Positions 45,221 to 55,104 of a stretch of 64,000 nt of DNA are shown piece after piece. This DNA is from Pseudomonadota bacterium. GTDB lineage: Bacteria; Chloroflexota; UBA5177. Every line of letters begins with the position of its first letter. Within the stretch, counting starts at the first letter, position 1. The notes under the pieces were generated by a model. It did not search any database. It was not told where the DNA came from and was given only the letters and a program-made list of their open reading frames with translations. The stretch spans positions 38,987 through 102,986 of the forward strand of contig JAJPIP010000062.1 of the NCBI GenBank assembly GCA_021324655.1, in the 5' to 3' direction. Position numbers and translations under genes: made by a program.

Positions 45221-45634
45221 ATGCCCCAGCAACTCACCGAGAGCGCCCGACGCTTTCTGGAAGAGAAGCGCATCGGCGTCCTGGCCACCATCAATCCGGA
45301 CGGAACGCCGCAGCAGTCACCCATCTGGTACGAGCTACAGGGCAACGAAATCATGATGAATACCCGCCGCGGGCGGCGCAAGGACCGCAACCTCCGGCGC
45401 GATCCCCGCTGCTCCCTGTGCGTCGAAGGTGAGTACGACTGGGTCACTATTCGTGGGACGGCTCGTCTCATCGAGGATCCGGCGACGGCCCAGGCCGACA
45501 TCCGCCATCTCGCCGTCGTGAACTACGGTCCGGAGGAAGCGGAGCGATCCATGGAGCGGCAGTTTTGCCGGGAGCCGCGTGTCACGATTCGGCTCTCGAT
45601 CGAGCACGTGACCGGGGAAGGGTTCGAAGAGTGA
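45221..45634 (+). CDS. PPOX-class (pyridoxamine 5'-phosphate oxidase-like) probable F420-dependent enzyme
   Basis: AAGGAGGA sits 7 nt upstream. The pattern is RFLEEKRIGVLATINPDGTPQQSPIWY. Confidence 0.75.
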   Translation: MPQQLTESARRFLEEKRIGVLATINPDGTPQQSPIWYELQGNEIMMNTRRGRRKDRNLRRDPRCSLCVEGEYDWVTIRGTARLIEDPATAQADIRHLAVVNYGPEEAERSMERQFCREPRVTIRLSIEHVTGEGFEE

Positions 45635-45715
45635 GCGGTCAGGCGGCCGAGCACACGTCGCCGTGGCGGCGATGGGGAGAGACGGGTCGCGTCTGATGGA
45701 GTTCGACGAGTCGTC

Positions 45716-46624
45716 CTACAGCGCCAGGGACACGCGCCGGGGTTCTTCTGTCGCCGGACTGTAGCTGGTCACAATCGGGGGCACCCGGAACTCCTCACGC
45801 GCGTACAACTCCTGCAAATCGTTCATGGTGACGTCCGGGGCGGTCATGGTCCGGGCCACTCGGTCAAGCAGCGCGCGCTGTTCGTCGCTCAGGGACTCGC
45901 TTTCGGCGATTCCCCACACATCCCACAGCACCATCTCCCTCTTGTTCAGCGCCGCCAGATCGTGAACCAGGTTGTGCACGAGATAGGGCCAGCTCCGCAG
46001 CACCGGAATGTCCAGCTCGGGCAAGACGACAAACCGCTCCGGATCGGCGTGGCCGGCGCGGCATGCCAGCCAGGCGTGCGGACCAACGAGGAAGCGATTG
46101 GGATCGACATCGAGCGGATTGACGGTTGCTCCGTCGGTGGGATCGATATGACCGTCGCGCAGCTCCGGATCCACCAGCCGCCAGCGCTGCTCGGCCGCAT
46201 CCCACACCTCGGCGATCTCATGATCGATGTACCAGCCCGGCGCAAAGTACGTGGCGAAACCGACGCGGGCCCGAGCCGGCACTCCCTTCTGTCGCGCCAG
46301 AGCGAGGAAGAGCACCGTGAAATCACGGCAGCACCCGACGAGACGCTGGTGCGCCGCCCGTTCTTCGTCCAGTGATGTGTCATGCAGCTCAAACAGCCGC
46401 TCGAACATCGGAGCGGCATACCGCGTGTCGACCTCGCCAAGGCGATCGGCCGCTATGCCGTTCTCCGCGAAGTCCCCACCGGCTCGGTAATGGAAGACCA
46501 GCCGGCACGCCGCTCGCTGCAGCGCCTCCAGATCTCCCGGCACGACGTCGAGCCGGCCGGCCAACATGCCGGGATCGGTGACCGGACTCTGAGAGACGTA
46601 TGTCGACTGGTCGATCGTTGCCAC
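45716..46624 (-). CDS. transglutaminase-like (cysteine protease fold) domain protein
   Basis: CRDFTVLFLALARQKGVPARARVGF is the catalytic Cys context, and downstream His/Asp residues are present. Confidence 0.65.
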   Translation of the reverse strand: MATIDQSTYVSQSPVTDPGMLAGRLDVVPGDLEALQRAACRLVFHYRAGGDFAENGIAADRLGEVDTRYAAPMFERLFELHDTSLDEERAAHQRLVGCCRDFTVLFLALARQKGVPARARVGFATYFAPGWYIDHEIAEVWDAAEQRWRLVDPELRDGHIDPTDGATVNPLDVDPNRFLVGPHAWLACRAGHADPERFVVLPELDIPVLRSWPYLVHNLVHDLAALNKREMVLWDVWGIAESESLSDEQRALLDRVARTMTAPDVTMNDLQELYAREEFRVPPIVTSYSPATEEPRRVSLAL

Positions 46625-46774
46625 TGTTCCCTCCTCACGATCTCAGCTGAAGTGGAACATCATTGGTCCGACTGTCAGCGGGAGGTCGCTCTTTCGATTC
46701 CACCTCAATGGCTGACAGCGATTGTCGCCATTGTAGGAGATGATCGGAAGGAAGCGGAGTGACGAGAGGAGACA

Positions 46775-47650
46775 ATGATGACGAGCAGCGACACGCTTGC
46801 CGCCGGACGCGACTTCATCTACCGGGAAGGGCGCTTGCTGGAGCAGCGTCTGTTTGCAACCCTCTTTGAGGGCGCCTCCCCCGAGGGTGTACTGAACGCG
46901 CTGCGGGGCTACCGCAACGTGGATGGTGGATTCGGACATGGCCTCGAACCGGACAAGCGCTGTCCCGACAGTCAGCCGCTGGACGTCGAGGTCGCGTTGC
47001 AGACGATGGACGCCGCCGGGCAGGCCGACCGGGACCTGGCACAGGGCGCCTGTGATTTCCTGGCGTCGCTCGATCACGGCGCCGGAGGCGTTCCTGTCGT
47101 TCTACCGTCCATTGCCGGCTATCCGCGGGCCGAGCACTGGGGAGACGGCCGGTTCCCGGTCTCCCTGAACCCCACCGCGGGGATGACCGGGCTGCTGTAC
47201 AAGCTGGACGTGGAGCATCCCTGGAGGGAGCGCGCCGCACGATTCTGCTGGGAATCTCTGGAGACCGGCCTTCCCGACGACGCCCACACTCTCATCGAGG
47301 TCTTCACCTTTCTGGAGCACGTGCCGGACCGGGAGCGCGCCGAGGCACTGATCCCGCGCGTTGCCGCCAGTCTCGAAGGCGCGGCCCCATTCAACGCCGA
47401 CCCGAATGCCGAGGGCTACGGTCTCACCCCTCTCCACTTCGCGCCCGCTCCGTCGAGCCGCTGGCGCGCCCTGTTCGATGACTCAGCCGTCTTCGGCCAT
47501 CTCGATCGTCTCCAGGCCGGACAGGCGCCGGACGGCGGGTGGACCGTCACCTGGGTGCCGCCGAGCGAGGCATCGACGCTGGAGTGGCGGGGTCGTGTCA
47601 CGCTCGATGCGCTGCGGGTTCTCCGGGCCTACGGGCGACTGGGCGGTTAG
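46775..47650 (+). CDS. protein with prenyltransferase/squalene-oxidase-type (alpha/alpha-toroid) repeats
   Basis: AGGAGA RBS precedes the ATG. Two repeats are NVDGGFG and APDGGWT. Confidence 0.5.
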   Translation: MMTSSDTLAAGRDFIYREGRLLEQRLFATLFEGASPEGVLNALRGYRNVDGGFGHGLEPDKRCPDSQPLDVEVALQTMDAAGQADRDLAQGACDFLASLDHGAGGVPVVLPSIAGYPRAEHWGDGRFPVSLNPTAGMTGLLYKLDVEHPWRERAARFCWESLETGLPDDAHTLIEVFTFLEHVPDRERAEALIPRVAASLEGAAPFNADPNAEGYGLTPLHFAPAPSSRWRALFDDSAVFGHLDRLQAGQAPDGGWTVTWVPPSEASTLEWRGRVTLDALRVLRAYGRLGG

Positions 47651-47789
47651 CGGGAAGATTCCGCACGTAAGAGGATGACCGCGTACGAGAGCATGGCCCG
47701 ACCGGCGGACAGAGCCATCGCCCGGGGATCGGACCGTCAAGGTGGTAGGGTTACTCTGACACCGCTACGCCAGGCGAGGGAGTGATGAG

Positions 47790-48635
47790 GTGACCCGAAA
47801 CGCCGACCATGCCGTCGCTCGACCTGCCGTGCCGCTTCGTCCGTTCATTCACCGCTACACGGGGTACCGGTATTCCGGCCTGGTCCCGGGAACGCACCGC
47901 GGCCTCCCAGCCCCCCATCTCGCCATGATCATCGCTCTGGACACGCCAACGCGGGTCACGAGGATGTCCCATCCCGCCCAGCGCCCCGGCGAGTTTATGG
48001 GGTTGGTTGGCGGGCTGCATACCCAGCCGGCCGAGATCGCGCATGACGGCGCCCTGGCCGGAGTCCAGGTGGACCTCACGCCGGCGGGCGCTCGATCGCT
48101 ACTCGGGTTTCCTGCCGGCGAGTTGTGTGCACTCACGGTGAGTCTGGAAGATGTCCTGGGGAGGGACGCGGGTGAGCTGATCGGCCGTGTCAACGAGGCG
48201 CCGACCTGGACAGCGTTGTTTGGCGTCCTGGATCGGCTGCTGCTGCAACGAATCGGGCGCGTACCGGCGGTCGAGGGCCCGGTGACGCGGGCCTGGGACC
48301 TCGTCGTCCTCGGCGGCGGCACAGTGCCGGTGCATGAGGTCGCACAAGCCGTCGGCTGGAGCCGGCGGCACCTGGGAGAGCGCTTCTCGACGGAGCACGG
48401 ATTGACGCTGAAAGAAGCCTCGCGGGTGATGCGCTTTCATCGGTCAAGACGCCTATTGCAGCGGGGCGGGAGCACCATTGCCGACGTCGCGGCCGCCACC
48501 GGCTATGCCGATCAGGCGCACATGGCACGCGAGTGGCGGGAGATGGCCGGCTGCTCGCCGTCGACGTGGCTGGGAACCGAAGAGCTCCCATTTATTCAAG
48601 ACGGCGGCCGTCCGGATGTGGAGACTGAAGGGTGA
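47790..48635 (+). CDS. AraC-family transcriptional regulator (full length)
   Basis: The C-terminal HTH pair is HEVAQAVGWSRRHLGERF and IADVAAATGYADQAHMAREW. Confidence 0.8.
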   Translation: MTRNADHAVARPAVPLRPFIHRYTGYRYSGLVPGTHRGLPAPHLAMIIALDTPTRVTRMSHPAQRPGEFMGLVGGLHTQPAEIAHDGALAGVQVDLTPAGARSLLGFPAGELCALTVSLEDVLGRDAGELIGRVNEAPTWTALFGVLDRLLLQRIGRVPAVEGPVTRAWDLVVLGGGTVPVHEVAQAVGWSRRHLGERFSTEHGLTLKEASRVMRFHRSRRLLQRGGSTIADVAAATGYADQAHMAREWREMAGCSPSTWLGTEELPFIQDGGRPDVETEG

Positions 48636-48671
48636 GACTGCCGGCGCCAGACGCCACCAAGAGGGAGTGTT

Positions 48672-49046
48672 ATGACAACGCACATCTGGCCAACGTTCAA
48701 GTACCGCAACGCCCGCGCTGCTATTCGGTTTCTCCATGACGCGTTCGGGTTCGAGGAGGTGGCCGTCTACGCCGGCGACACCGAAGACGAGGTGGCACAC
48801 GCCGAATTGCGCTGGCCGGAAGGCGGGGGCGTCATGCTCGGGAGCGCGCGCAACGGCGACGCGCCGGTGGGATCGGTCTATGTGGTCACCTCGGATGTGG
48901 ACACGCTGCACGAGCGTGCGCAACGCGCCGGCGCCGAGATCGTCTACCCCCTGCGCGATGAGGACTACGGCAATCACACCTTCACGGCGCGTGACCCCGA
49001 AGGCGTGACCTGGTCGTTCGGCACCTACGCCGGGGAGAACGGCTGA
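48672..49046 (+). CDS. VOC-family protein (glyoxalase-like)
   Basis: AGAGGGAG RBS precedes the ATG. The VOC pattern is FKYRNARAAIRFLHDAFGFEE. Confidence 0.75.
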   Translation: MTTHIWPTFKYRNARAAIRFLHDAFGFEEVAVYAGDTEDEVAHAELRWPEGGGVMLGSARNGDAPVGSVYVVTSDVDTLHERAQRAGAEIVYPLRDEDYGNHTFTARDPEGVTWSFGTYAGENG

Positions 49047-49058
49047 CAGGACCCCTCT

Positions 49059-50135
49059 TTACCGCCAGACGGTCTCGACAGGAACCTCCAGAAATCGTCC
49101 GAATCGGTGCGCAGCATCGTCAACTGCCGCGGCTTCGGCCGCGGCGAGGCGCGCCGGCACCCGGATCTCGATGCGCACACCTCCGGCGCCCGACACCCGG
49201 CGCCAGCCGCCCCGGACTTTTCCTCCAATGGTGACGACATTGGACAGGATGTTCCCGTAGGCAAACAGATCCGGATGCAGCGAGCCGTCCGGCGGGTGAG
49301 CGGCGGCGCGATCACGGTAGCCGACCGTGTACTCGTCCCAGTTCGGCAGGAGATGCGCGACCATCCCCGGGTCATCCGCACTCACGCCGGGAGCCAACCA
49401 GTAGTCCTTATCGCCGATCGTCTGGTGATCGAGATCCGCGCCGGCAAGCGCCAGGCCCGTGCGCGCGTCGGACACCGTCAGGCCCGACCACCAGACGAAG
49501 TCCTGAAGCTGGGCCGGGCCGTGGGCCCGGAAGTACCGACGCGTCAGCTCCGCCAGCGCCTCCGGCCGTTCCAGCACCTGCGCTCCCGGCGCTCGCTCCG
49601 CGAGCAGCGCATATGTCATCTGTTTCCCGCGCCGCGGCCCGCTGATAATGGCGCCCGCGACTTCCGCCGCTCCCAGCAGGTGGGGCAAGCGCTGCCCCTC
49701 GGGCGCGATGCCGGCCGCCCGCAGTCTGTCGCCGAGCTCGGTGCGGGTCAGGAATCGGCCGCCGGCAAGGGCCTCGCCAAAGATTGAGACAGCGCGCGAC
49801 ACGTCGGCCTCGTCCAAACCTAACTGGCGGTGGCGGGGCGTGAAGCCACGACGCAGCCTGGCGCCGGTCAGGTCAAGCAGCCAGCGAATATCATCCGGCA
49901 GCACGAAATGCCAGGTAGGACGCATGACGTGGGTGCGCAGGATCTTGCCCTCGTCGTAGAGGCGGCCCACCTCCGCCTCCGTGATGCCGGACGTGCGCTG
50001 TCCGAGCGCCCACATCGCGCCGGCGTAGTCCTGCGCCTGGACAGCCCCGAAGAGGCGCACGACATCGATTGCCGAGGTCATGGACTTTCCGACGAGGCGC
50101 TGCGCGTGAAGGCGTCGGAGAGCGATCTCGGTCAC
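49059..50135 (-). CDS. winged-helix DNA glycosylase, YcaQ/AlkZ family (paralog of 20822..21982); start uncertain
   Basis: The track ORF is 49059..50294. I placed the start at the GTG at 50135, just before the conserved VTEIALRRLHAQRLVG. Confidence 0.65.
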   Translation of the reverse strand: MTEIALRRLHAQRLVGKSMTSAIDVVRLFGAVQAQDYAGAMWALGQRTSGITEAEVGRLYDEGKILRTHVMRPTWHFVLPDDIRWLLDLTGARLRRGFTPRHRQLGLDEADVSRAVSIFGEALAGGRFLTRTELGDRLRAAGIAPEGQRLPHLLGAAEVAGAIISGPRRGKQMTYALLAERAPGAQVLERPEALAELTRRYFRAHGPAQLQDFVWWSGLTVSDARTGLALAGADLDHQTIGDKDYWLAPGVSADDPGMVAHLLPNWDEYTVGYRDRAAAHPPDGSLHPDLFAYGNILSNVVTIGGKVRGGWRRVSGAGGVRIEIRVPARLAAAEAAAVDDAAHRFGRFLEVPVETVWR

Positions 50136-50171
50136 CGTCCAGTGTAGCGGGGTCCCGAATGGGTGTCTCGA

Positions 50172-50187
50172 GGTTCCCAGGGGAACC
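50172..50187. promoter_or_regulatory. perfect palindrome GGTTCCC-ag-GGGAACC upstream of the glycosylase gene
   Basis: A 7-bp inverted repeat with a 2-nt spacer, about 40 nt upstream of the glycosylase start. Confidence 0.3.
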
Positions 50188-50256
50188 CCGCGGATTCCCG
50201 CCTGTTGATCACTAACGCCGACGATTGCGGTCTGAACGTGCCCTCCCTGGTCGACG

Positions 50257-50520
50257 GTGCATCCGGGGATCGACGATGCGGAGCAGCGCGTCATCGGATC
50301 GCTTGGTCCCGAGGTGCGGCAGACCGATTACGACTTTCTGATCTCAGCAGACGCCCGTGAGATGATCGACCGAGAGGGCATCACGCTACTCAGCTACCAG
50401 CCGGTGCAGCAGGTCTGGCGCGATCGCCAGGACAGTATCCTGGATGACAGCGAGGAGAGATGCCGGTCACGGGTCGCTCACCGGAAAGGCCACGCCTATA
50501 ACAAGCGCCCCGCTCTCTGA
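50257..50520 (+). CDS. possible small hypothetical protein (87 aa); weak start signal
   Basis: The ORF shows strong GC3 bias typical of coding DNA in this genome. It has a GTG start with no clear RBS. It is co-oriented with, and 54 nt upstream of, the DinB-like gene. Confidence 0.3.
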   Translation: MHPGIDDAEQRVIGSLGPEVRQTDYDFLISADAREMIDREGITLLSYQPVQQVWRDRQDSILDDSEERCRSRVAHRKGHAYNKRPAL

Positions 50521-50573
50521 GCCAATCGACAGCGCACGGCAGATCAACCAGTCTTCGAGTGGAGGAAGCCATC

Positions 50574-51143
50574 ATGCCAGGACAAGTCCCTCCGGTCGCC
50601 GATGAACGCACCGGATTGCTCGGCTATCTTGCGCAGCAGCGTGACGTTCTGCGGACCGCCGCCTACGGGTTGACCGATGAGCAGGCGCGGGAAACCCCAA
50701 CCGTGAGTGCACTCAGTATCGGGGGATTGATCAAGCACGTTGCCGCAACCGAGCGTGGATGGATCGACCTGGTACTGCAGCGCAGTCAGGAGTCGGCGGA
50801 CGACTACTTCGCGAACTTCCGGCTGCAACCCAATGAAACGCTCGCGAGTGTCCTGCGGATGTACGACGAGGTAGCAGCCGAAACCGAGCGGGTCGTCAAT
50901 GCCATCCCCGACCTCGGCCGGCCGGTTCCCGTGCCGCCGGGCGTGCCCTGGTACCCCAGCGATGTCGATGCCTGGTCGGTCCGATGGGTCCTGCTGCATC
51001 TCATCGAAGAAACCGCCCGGCACGCGGGCCACGCCGATATCATCCGCGAGTCGATCGACGGAGCGACCGCCATGCCGCTCATGGCTGCCGCCGAAGGCTG
51101 GCCGGCCACTCCCTGGATACAACCCTGGGAGCCGCCGGCATAG
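50574..51143 (+). CDS. DinB/YfiT-like (DUF664) four-helix-bundle protein
   Basis: GGAGGAAG RBS precedes the ATG. The C-terminal His/Glu-containing helix ends with LLHLIEETARHAGHADIIRE, typical of DUF664. Confidence 0.7.
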   Translation: MPGQVPPVADERTGLLGYLAQQRDVLRTAAYGLTDEQARETPTVSALSIGGLIKHVAATERGWIDLVLQRSQESADDYFANFRLQPNETLASVLRMYDEVAAETERVVNAIPDLGRPVPVPPGVPWYPSDVDAWSVRWVLLHLIEETARHAGHADIIRESIDGATAMPLMAAAEGWPATPWIQPWEPPA

Positions 51144-51331
51144 GCCCGCCTGATGGCAGGAGCGGTAAGCCCATCCGCTCGCCACCGGTCGCCGTGAGCG
51201 GGCGGCGAACCGCTCTGTCCCCAAGAGACTGACGGCACCTGACGACGCCACTCATCATCCGCTCTCCCTGGCACGACCTATGCAGTCGCGACCTTTAAGC
51301 GATTCTGTCAAGTGCTGGGTGGAGGGGTGTC

Positions 51332-53161
51332 ATGCCAGTGGCAATGGAAGAGTTTGAAGCCTCCGATCGGAAGCTTCGCCACGATCTGTCCTTTCTGCAG
51401 CTGCTCTTCTTCAACCTCGGCGGCATCATCGGCTCCGGCTGGCTCTTCGCCGTCCTGGCCGCCGATGCGATTGCCGGCCCGTCGGTCGTTCTGGCCTGGG
51501 TCATCGGAGGTGTCCTGGTCCTGCTGGTCGCGTTGACGTACGCCGAGGTGGCGGCCATGCTTCCGCGCAGCGGGGCCATCGTCCGCTACCCGCACCTCAC
51601 GCACGGCGGGTATACCGGTTTCGTCTTTGCCTGGTCCTACTTCCTGGCCGCGGTGAGCGTCACCGCCATCGAGGCCGAGGGGGTCATCACGTACGCCTCG
51701 ACGTACATCCACGGGCTCACCACGACCAGCGGCAAGGTGACGTTGCTGACCGTTCCCGGCATCATCATCGCCATCGGCCTCATGCTGGTGTTCTTCCTGG
51801 TGAACTACTTCGGCGTGAAATGGCTGGGGCGCTGGAACCAGGTCTTTACCTGGTGGAAGCTGGTCATCCCGGCCCTGACCTTCCTGCTGCTCTTCCTGGC
51901 CTTCCACGCCTCCAACTTCACGGCGTACGGCGGATTCTTCCCGCGGGGCGTCAACCAGATGTTCCTGGCCATCGGGACGGGTGGGATCGTCTTCGCCTAT
52001 CTCGGCTTCCGGCAGGGACTCGACTTCGGCGGCGAAGCGAGGAATCCTCAGCGGGATGTCCCGCTCGCGACCATCCTCTCCGTCATCATCGCGACGGTCC
52101 TGTACACCGTCCTGCAGGTGGCATTCACCGGCGGCCTGAACTGGACTAAAGCGGGTGTCGGCGTCGGTAACTGGGTGGCCCTGGCCCACAGTCACTGGGC
52201 GAATGGGCCGTTCTACGACGCTCTGAGCCAGTCCGGAATCCCGCTGCTCGGCGCCTTTGCCGCCGTTTTGCTGGTCGACGCTATCGTCTCCCCCAGCGGG
52301 ACGGGCTGGATCTTCCTGGGCACGTCGTCCCGCGTGCTCTACGGCATGGCGATGACCGATTACCTGCCCCGTCCACTGCGCCGGATCAACGATCGGTACG
52401 GTGTTCCGGTGATGGCGCTCATCGCCTCAACCGTCATCGGCTGTCTGTTCTTCCTGCCGCTACCCAGCTGGTATCTCCTGGTCGGGTTCATCTCCTCCGC
52501 GCTCGTCATGACCACGGTGACCGGAGGCATCGGACTGGAGGTGATGCGCCGCACGGCGCCCGACCTCGACCGTCCCTTCCGGCTGCCGGCCGCCGCCATC
52601 ATGGCGCCGCTCGGTACTCTCGCGGCCATGCTCATGGTCTACTGGTCCGGCTTCACGGTGCTCACCCAGCTCATCGCGGCGATCTTCATCGGCCTGCCGC
52701 TCTACAGTTGGTTCTATGGGCCGATCAAGGGTTACATGCGCACCTCGGCCGGCGTGATTCTCGGTGCCGTCTTCCTGGTGATCTGGCTGGTCACCCAGGC
52801 ACTGGGCCCCATCGACCGCCACGTGCTGAGCTTCCCCGTCTTCTACGTCCTGACCCTGATCGAGATCGTCGCTTTCGGCCTCGCAGCCTGGTGGTTGAGC
52901 TCACCGGAGGGACGATTCCCCATTACCCGCTCGCCATGGCTGTTCTTCATGATGTACGGAACCTACCTGGTGTCCTACCTCGGCCAGTACGGCCCGCTCA
53001 AGACACCGGTTCTGGCGTTCCCGGTCGACATCGTCGCCGTCATCGTGGTCGGCCTCATCAGCTTCTACTGGGGCGTGGCGAGTGGCTATCGTACCGAGGA
53101 TCTCCAGACCATCATCGACACCGGAACGGCCATCGTGCCGGAGGAGCGACTCGCCAGCTAA
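51332..53161 (+). CDS. APC-superfamily amino acid/polyamine permease
   Basis: A GGAGGGGTG RBS is present. There are about 12 or more TM helices, and an FFNLGGIIGSGWLF pattern typical of the APC family. Confidence 0.85.
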   Translation: MPVAMEEFEASDRKLRHDLSFLQLLFFNLGGIIGSGWLFAVLAADAIAGPSVVLAWVIGGVLVLLVALTYAEVAAMLPRSGAIVRYPHLTHGGYTGFVFAWSYFLAAVSVTAIEAEGVITYASTYIHGLTTTSGKVTLLTVPGIIIAIGLMLVFFLVNYFGVKWLGRWNQVFTWWKLVIPALTFLLLFLAFHASNFTAYGGFFPRGVNQMFLAIGTGGIVFAYLGFRQGLDFGGEARNPQRDVPLATILSVIIATVLYTVLQVAFTGGLNWTKAGVGVGNWVALAHSHWANGPFYDALSQSGIPLLGAFAAVLLVDAIVSPSGTGWIFLGTSSRVLYGMAMTDYLPRPLRRINDRYGVPVMALIASTVIGCLFFLPLPSWYLLVGFISSALVMTTVTGGIGLEVMRRTAPDLDRPFRLPAAAIMAPLGTLAAMLMVYWSGFTVLTQLIAAIFIGLPLYSWFYGPIKGYMRTSAGVILGAVFLVIWLVTQALGPIDRHVLSFPVFYVLTLIEIVAFGLAAWWLSSPEGRFPITRSPWLFFMMYGTYLVSYLGQYGPLKTPVLAFPVDIVAVIVVGLISFYWGVASGYRTEDLQTIIDTGTAIVPEERLAS

Positions 53162-53220
53162 CGGGTATATGAACGCCGCGCGTCGCGGCGTCGTGAGCAG
53201 ACGAGACGGATAGCGGCCTC

Positions 53221-54606
53221 CTACCCCTTGTCTTCCAGGCCGGCCGGCACCAATCTGGCCGCCTGGACCCAGGCGGGGTGGGGGGTCGCGCCCTGAGCCT
53301 CCGCACGTTCCTTGCGGATGACACCCTCCCGGATCAGATGCGCGCCGATGAAGCGGATCGGCTCGGGTGGGAAGCGAGCGAAGCGGCGATCGACGAGCCC
53401 GCTCTCGCTCCACTCATCCTTGACGCCGAGCGCCAGCGCGGAAAGGATTTTTCCGCCCAGGACGCTGGGACCGACGCCGTTCCCGCTCCAGCCAACCCCG
53501 TACACGATGTGCTCTCGCGATCCGAGATGGCCGAACAGAGGAAGGCCGCCGTTGCTCCGATCAATGGGTCCCGCCCAGTCGCCGTCGATGACGACGTCCG
53601 ACAGTGCGGGAAACGTGCGGTGCAAGTCGGCGATGACCGTCTCGGCTCGTCCCGGATCGCGATCAAAGCTCTCGCCGATCCGGTCGCCGAGCGCCAGTCC
53701 CCATCCCCCCTTGCCGAAAACGATCCGGCCGTCGCGGGTCGTCCGGTAGTAGTCCACCATCATCTGGGAATCGGTGATGCACTCGCCGCCCGTCCAGCCG
53801 ATCGCCTGCAGCCGCTCCGGGATGGGAGCCGTCGCCACGATGTCGCTGGACACCACGATCAGTGCCTGACTCAGCTCACGGATACCGGCGGCCCAGGCGT
53901 TCATAGCGATCACCAACTTTTCGGCTGCCAGCACGGCATCATCGGTTCGGATGGCAACCGGATAGTCCCGGCTGAAGTGGCGGACACGCGTCCCTTCGTA
54001 GATGCGCACCCCCAGTTCCAGAGCCACTTTGCGGAGACCTCTTGCCAGGGCGGCCGGCTGAACCGTTGCCCCGCTCGGTTCCAGCACGCCTGCCAGGTGG
54101 GTGGGCGAACCGGCACGTCGGGCCACCTCGGCCGGCGACAGCCGGCGAAAGGCGTCCACGCCCAGGCGCTCACAGAGCGTCACGACCGTTTCCCACGCGC
54201 CTATTTGAGCCGGCGTGGTCGCGGTCCACAGAAGCCCGCCCTGCACGAAGTGCGCGTCGATACCGTACTCATCGCAGAAATCGCGAATCTCACCGATGGC
54301 TTCCCCGGAGGCACGTCCCAGACGCACCGCCTCGCCCTCACCACACAGCTTCACCAGGGACGAGATCTTCGGCCACCAGGAGAGGGCGAACCCGCCGTTG
54401 CGTCCCGACGCGCCCCCGCCGCAGATGTCCTGTTCCAGAATCGTGACGTCGCAGTCAGGTTCGCGCTGCTTGATGCGAATCGCCGTCCAGAGTCCGACGT
54501 AGCCGCCGCCGATAATGGCGATGTCGGTCCGCGCTGCTCCCCGCAGCGGTGGTAGGCTCGTCTCGTTTCCCAGCACCTCCTGTAGCCAGAGGGAGCGATG
54601 CTTCAT
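53221..54606 (-). CDS. FAD-dependent oxidoreductase (DAO family; PuuB/sarcosine-oxidase-beta-like)
   Basis: DIAIIGGGYVGLWTAIR is the Rossmann FAD motif. The ATG at 54606 has AGGAAAGGA upstream. Confidence 0.8.
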   Translation of the reverse strand: MKHRSLWLQEVLGNETSLPPLRGAARTDIAIIGGGYVGLWTAIRIKQREPDCDVTILEQDICGGGASGRNGGFALSWWPKISSLVKLCGEGEAVRLGRASGEAIGEIRDFCDEYGIDAHFVQGGLLWTATTPAQIGAWETVVTLCERLGVDAFRRLSPAEVARRAGSPTHLAGVLEPSGATVQPAALARGLRKVALELGVRIYEGTRVRHFSRDYPVAIRTDDAVLAAEKLVIAMNAWAAGIRELSQALIVVSSDIVATAPIPERLQAIGWTGGECITDSQMMVDYYRTTRDGRIVFGKGGWGLALGDRIGESFDRDPGRAETVIADLHRTFPALSDVVIDGDWAGPIDRSNGGLPLFGHLGSREHIVYGVGWSGNGVGPSVLGGKILSALALGVKDEWSESGLVDRRFARFPPEPIRFIGAHLIREGVIRKERAEAQGATPHPAWVQAARLVPAGLEDKG

Positions 54607-55076
54607 GTCAGTCCTTTCCTGAGGGCTGCTGCGGGCCACGGATATCGGTCAACGCGGCAGATCAACGGCGCGATGACCAGCGCTACCCACTCCGTGCCCT
54701 CCTCATGATCCGGGTAGGGCGTGACCCCGTAATACTGTTCCGATAGATGGTCGATGAGCCGTCCCTGGTCCTCACGAATCGTGACGACGCGGCCACGGAG
54801 GCAGAGCTCGTGGAGCGGGTCACCTGCCTCGCTCACCGTCAAAGCCACGCGGGGATCACGGACGACGTTGCGATATTTCTGCGACTGTCTCGTGGTCGCG
54901 ACCAGGGCATGGTCACCCTCGACGCCCACCCACACCGTCGCCGCGTGCGGCGAGCCGTCCGCCATCAGCGTGGAGAGGACGCCGTAGTTGGGGCCCGCCA
55001 ATAGCGTCCGGGCCGCCGCATCCAGAACGACCATCGATTCATGTCCTTGCGACAGGTACCCCTGATCCGGGCTCAT
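54603..55076 (-). CDS. pyridoxamine 5'-phosphate oxidase-like / PPOX-class F420-dependent protein; start uncertain
   Basis: LLAGPNYGVLSTLMADGSPHAATVW is the characteristic N-terminal pattern. Alternative start at 55034. The stop abuts the start of the FAD oxidoreductase gene. Confidence 0.6.
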   Translation of the reverse strand: MSPDQGYLSQGHESMVVLDAAARTLLAGPNYGVLSTLMADGSPHAATVWVGVEGDHALVATTRQSQKYRNVVRDPRVALTVSEAGDPLHELCLRGRVVTIREDQGRLIDHLSEQYYGVTPYPDHEEGTEWVALVIAPLICRVDRYPWPAAALRKGLT

Positions 55077-55104
55077 CGCGAGCGCAGGATCGCGGGGCCT
55101 GGAG

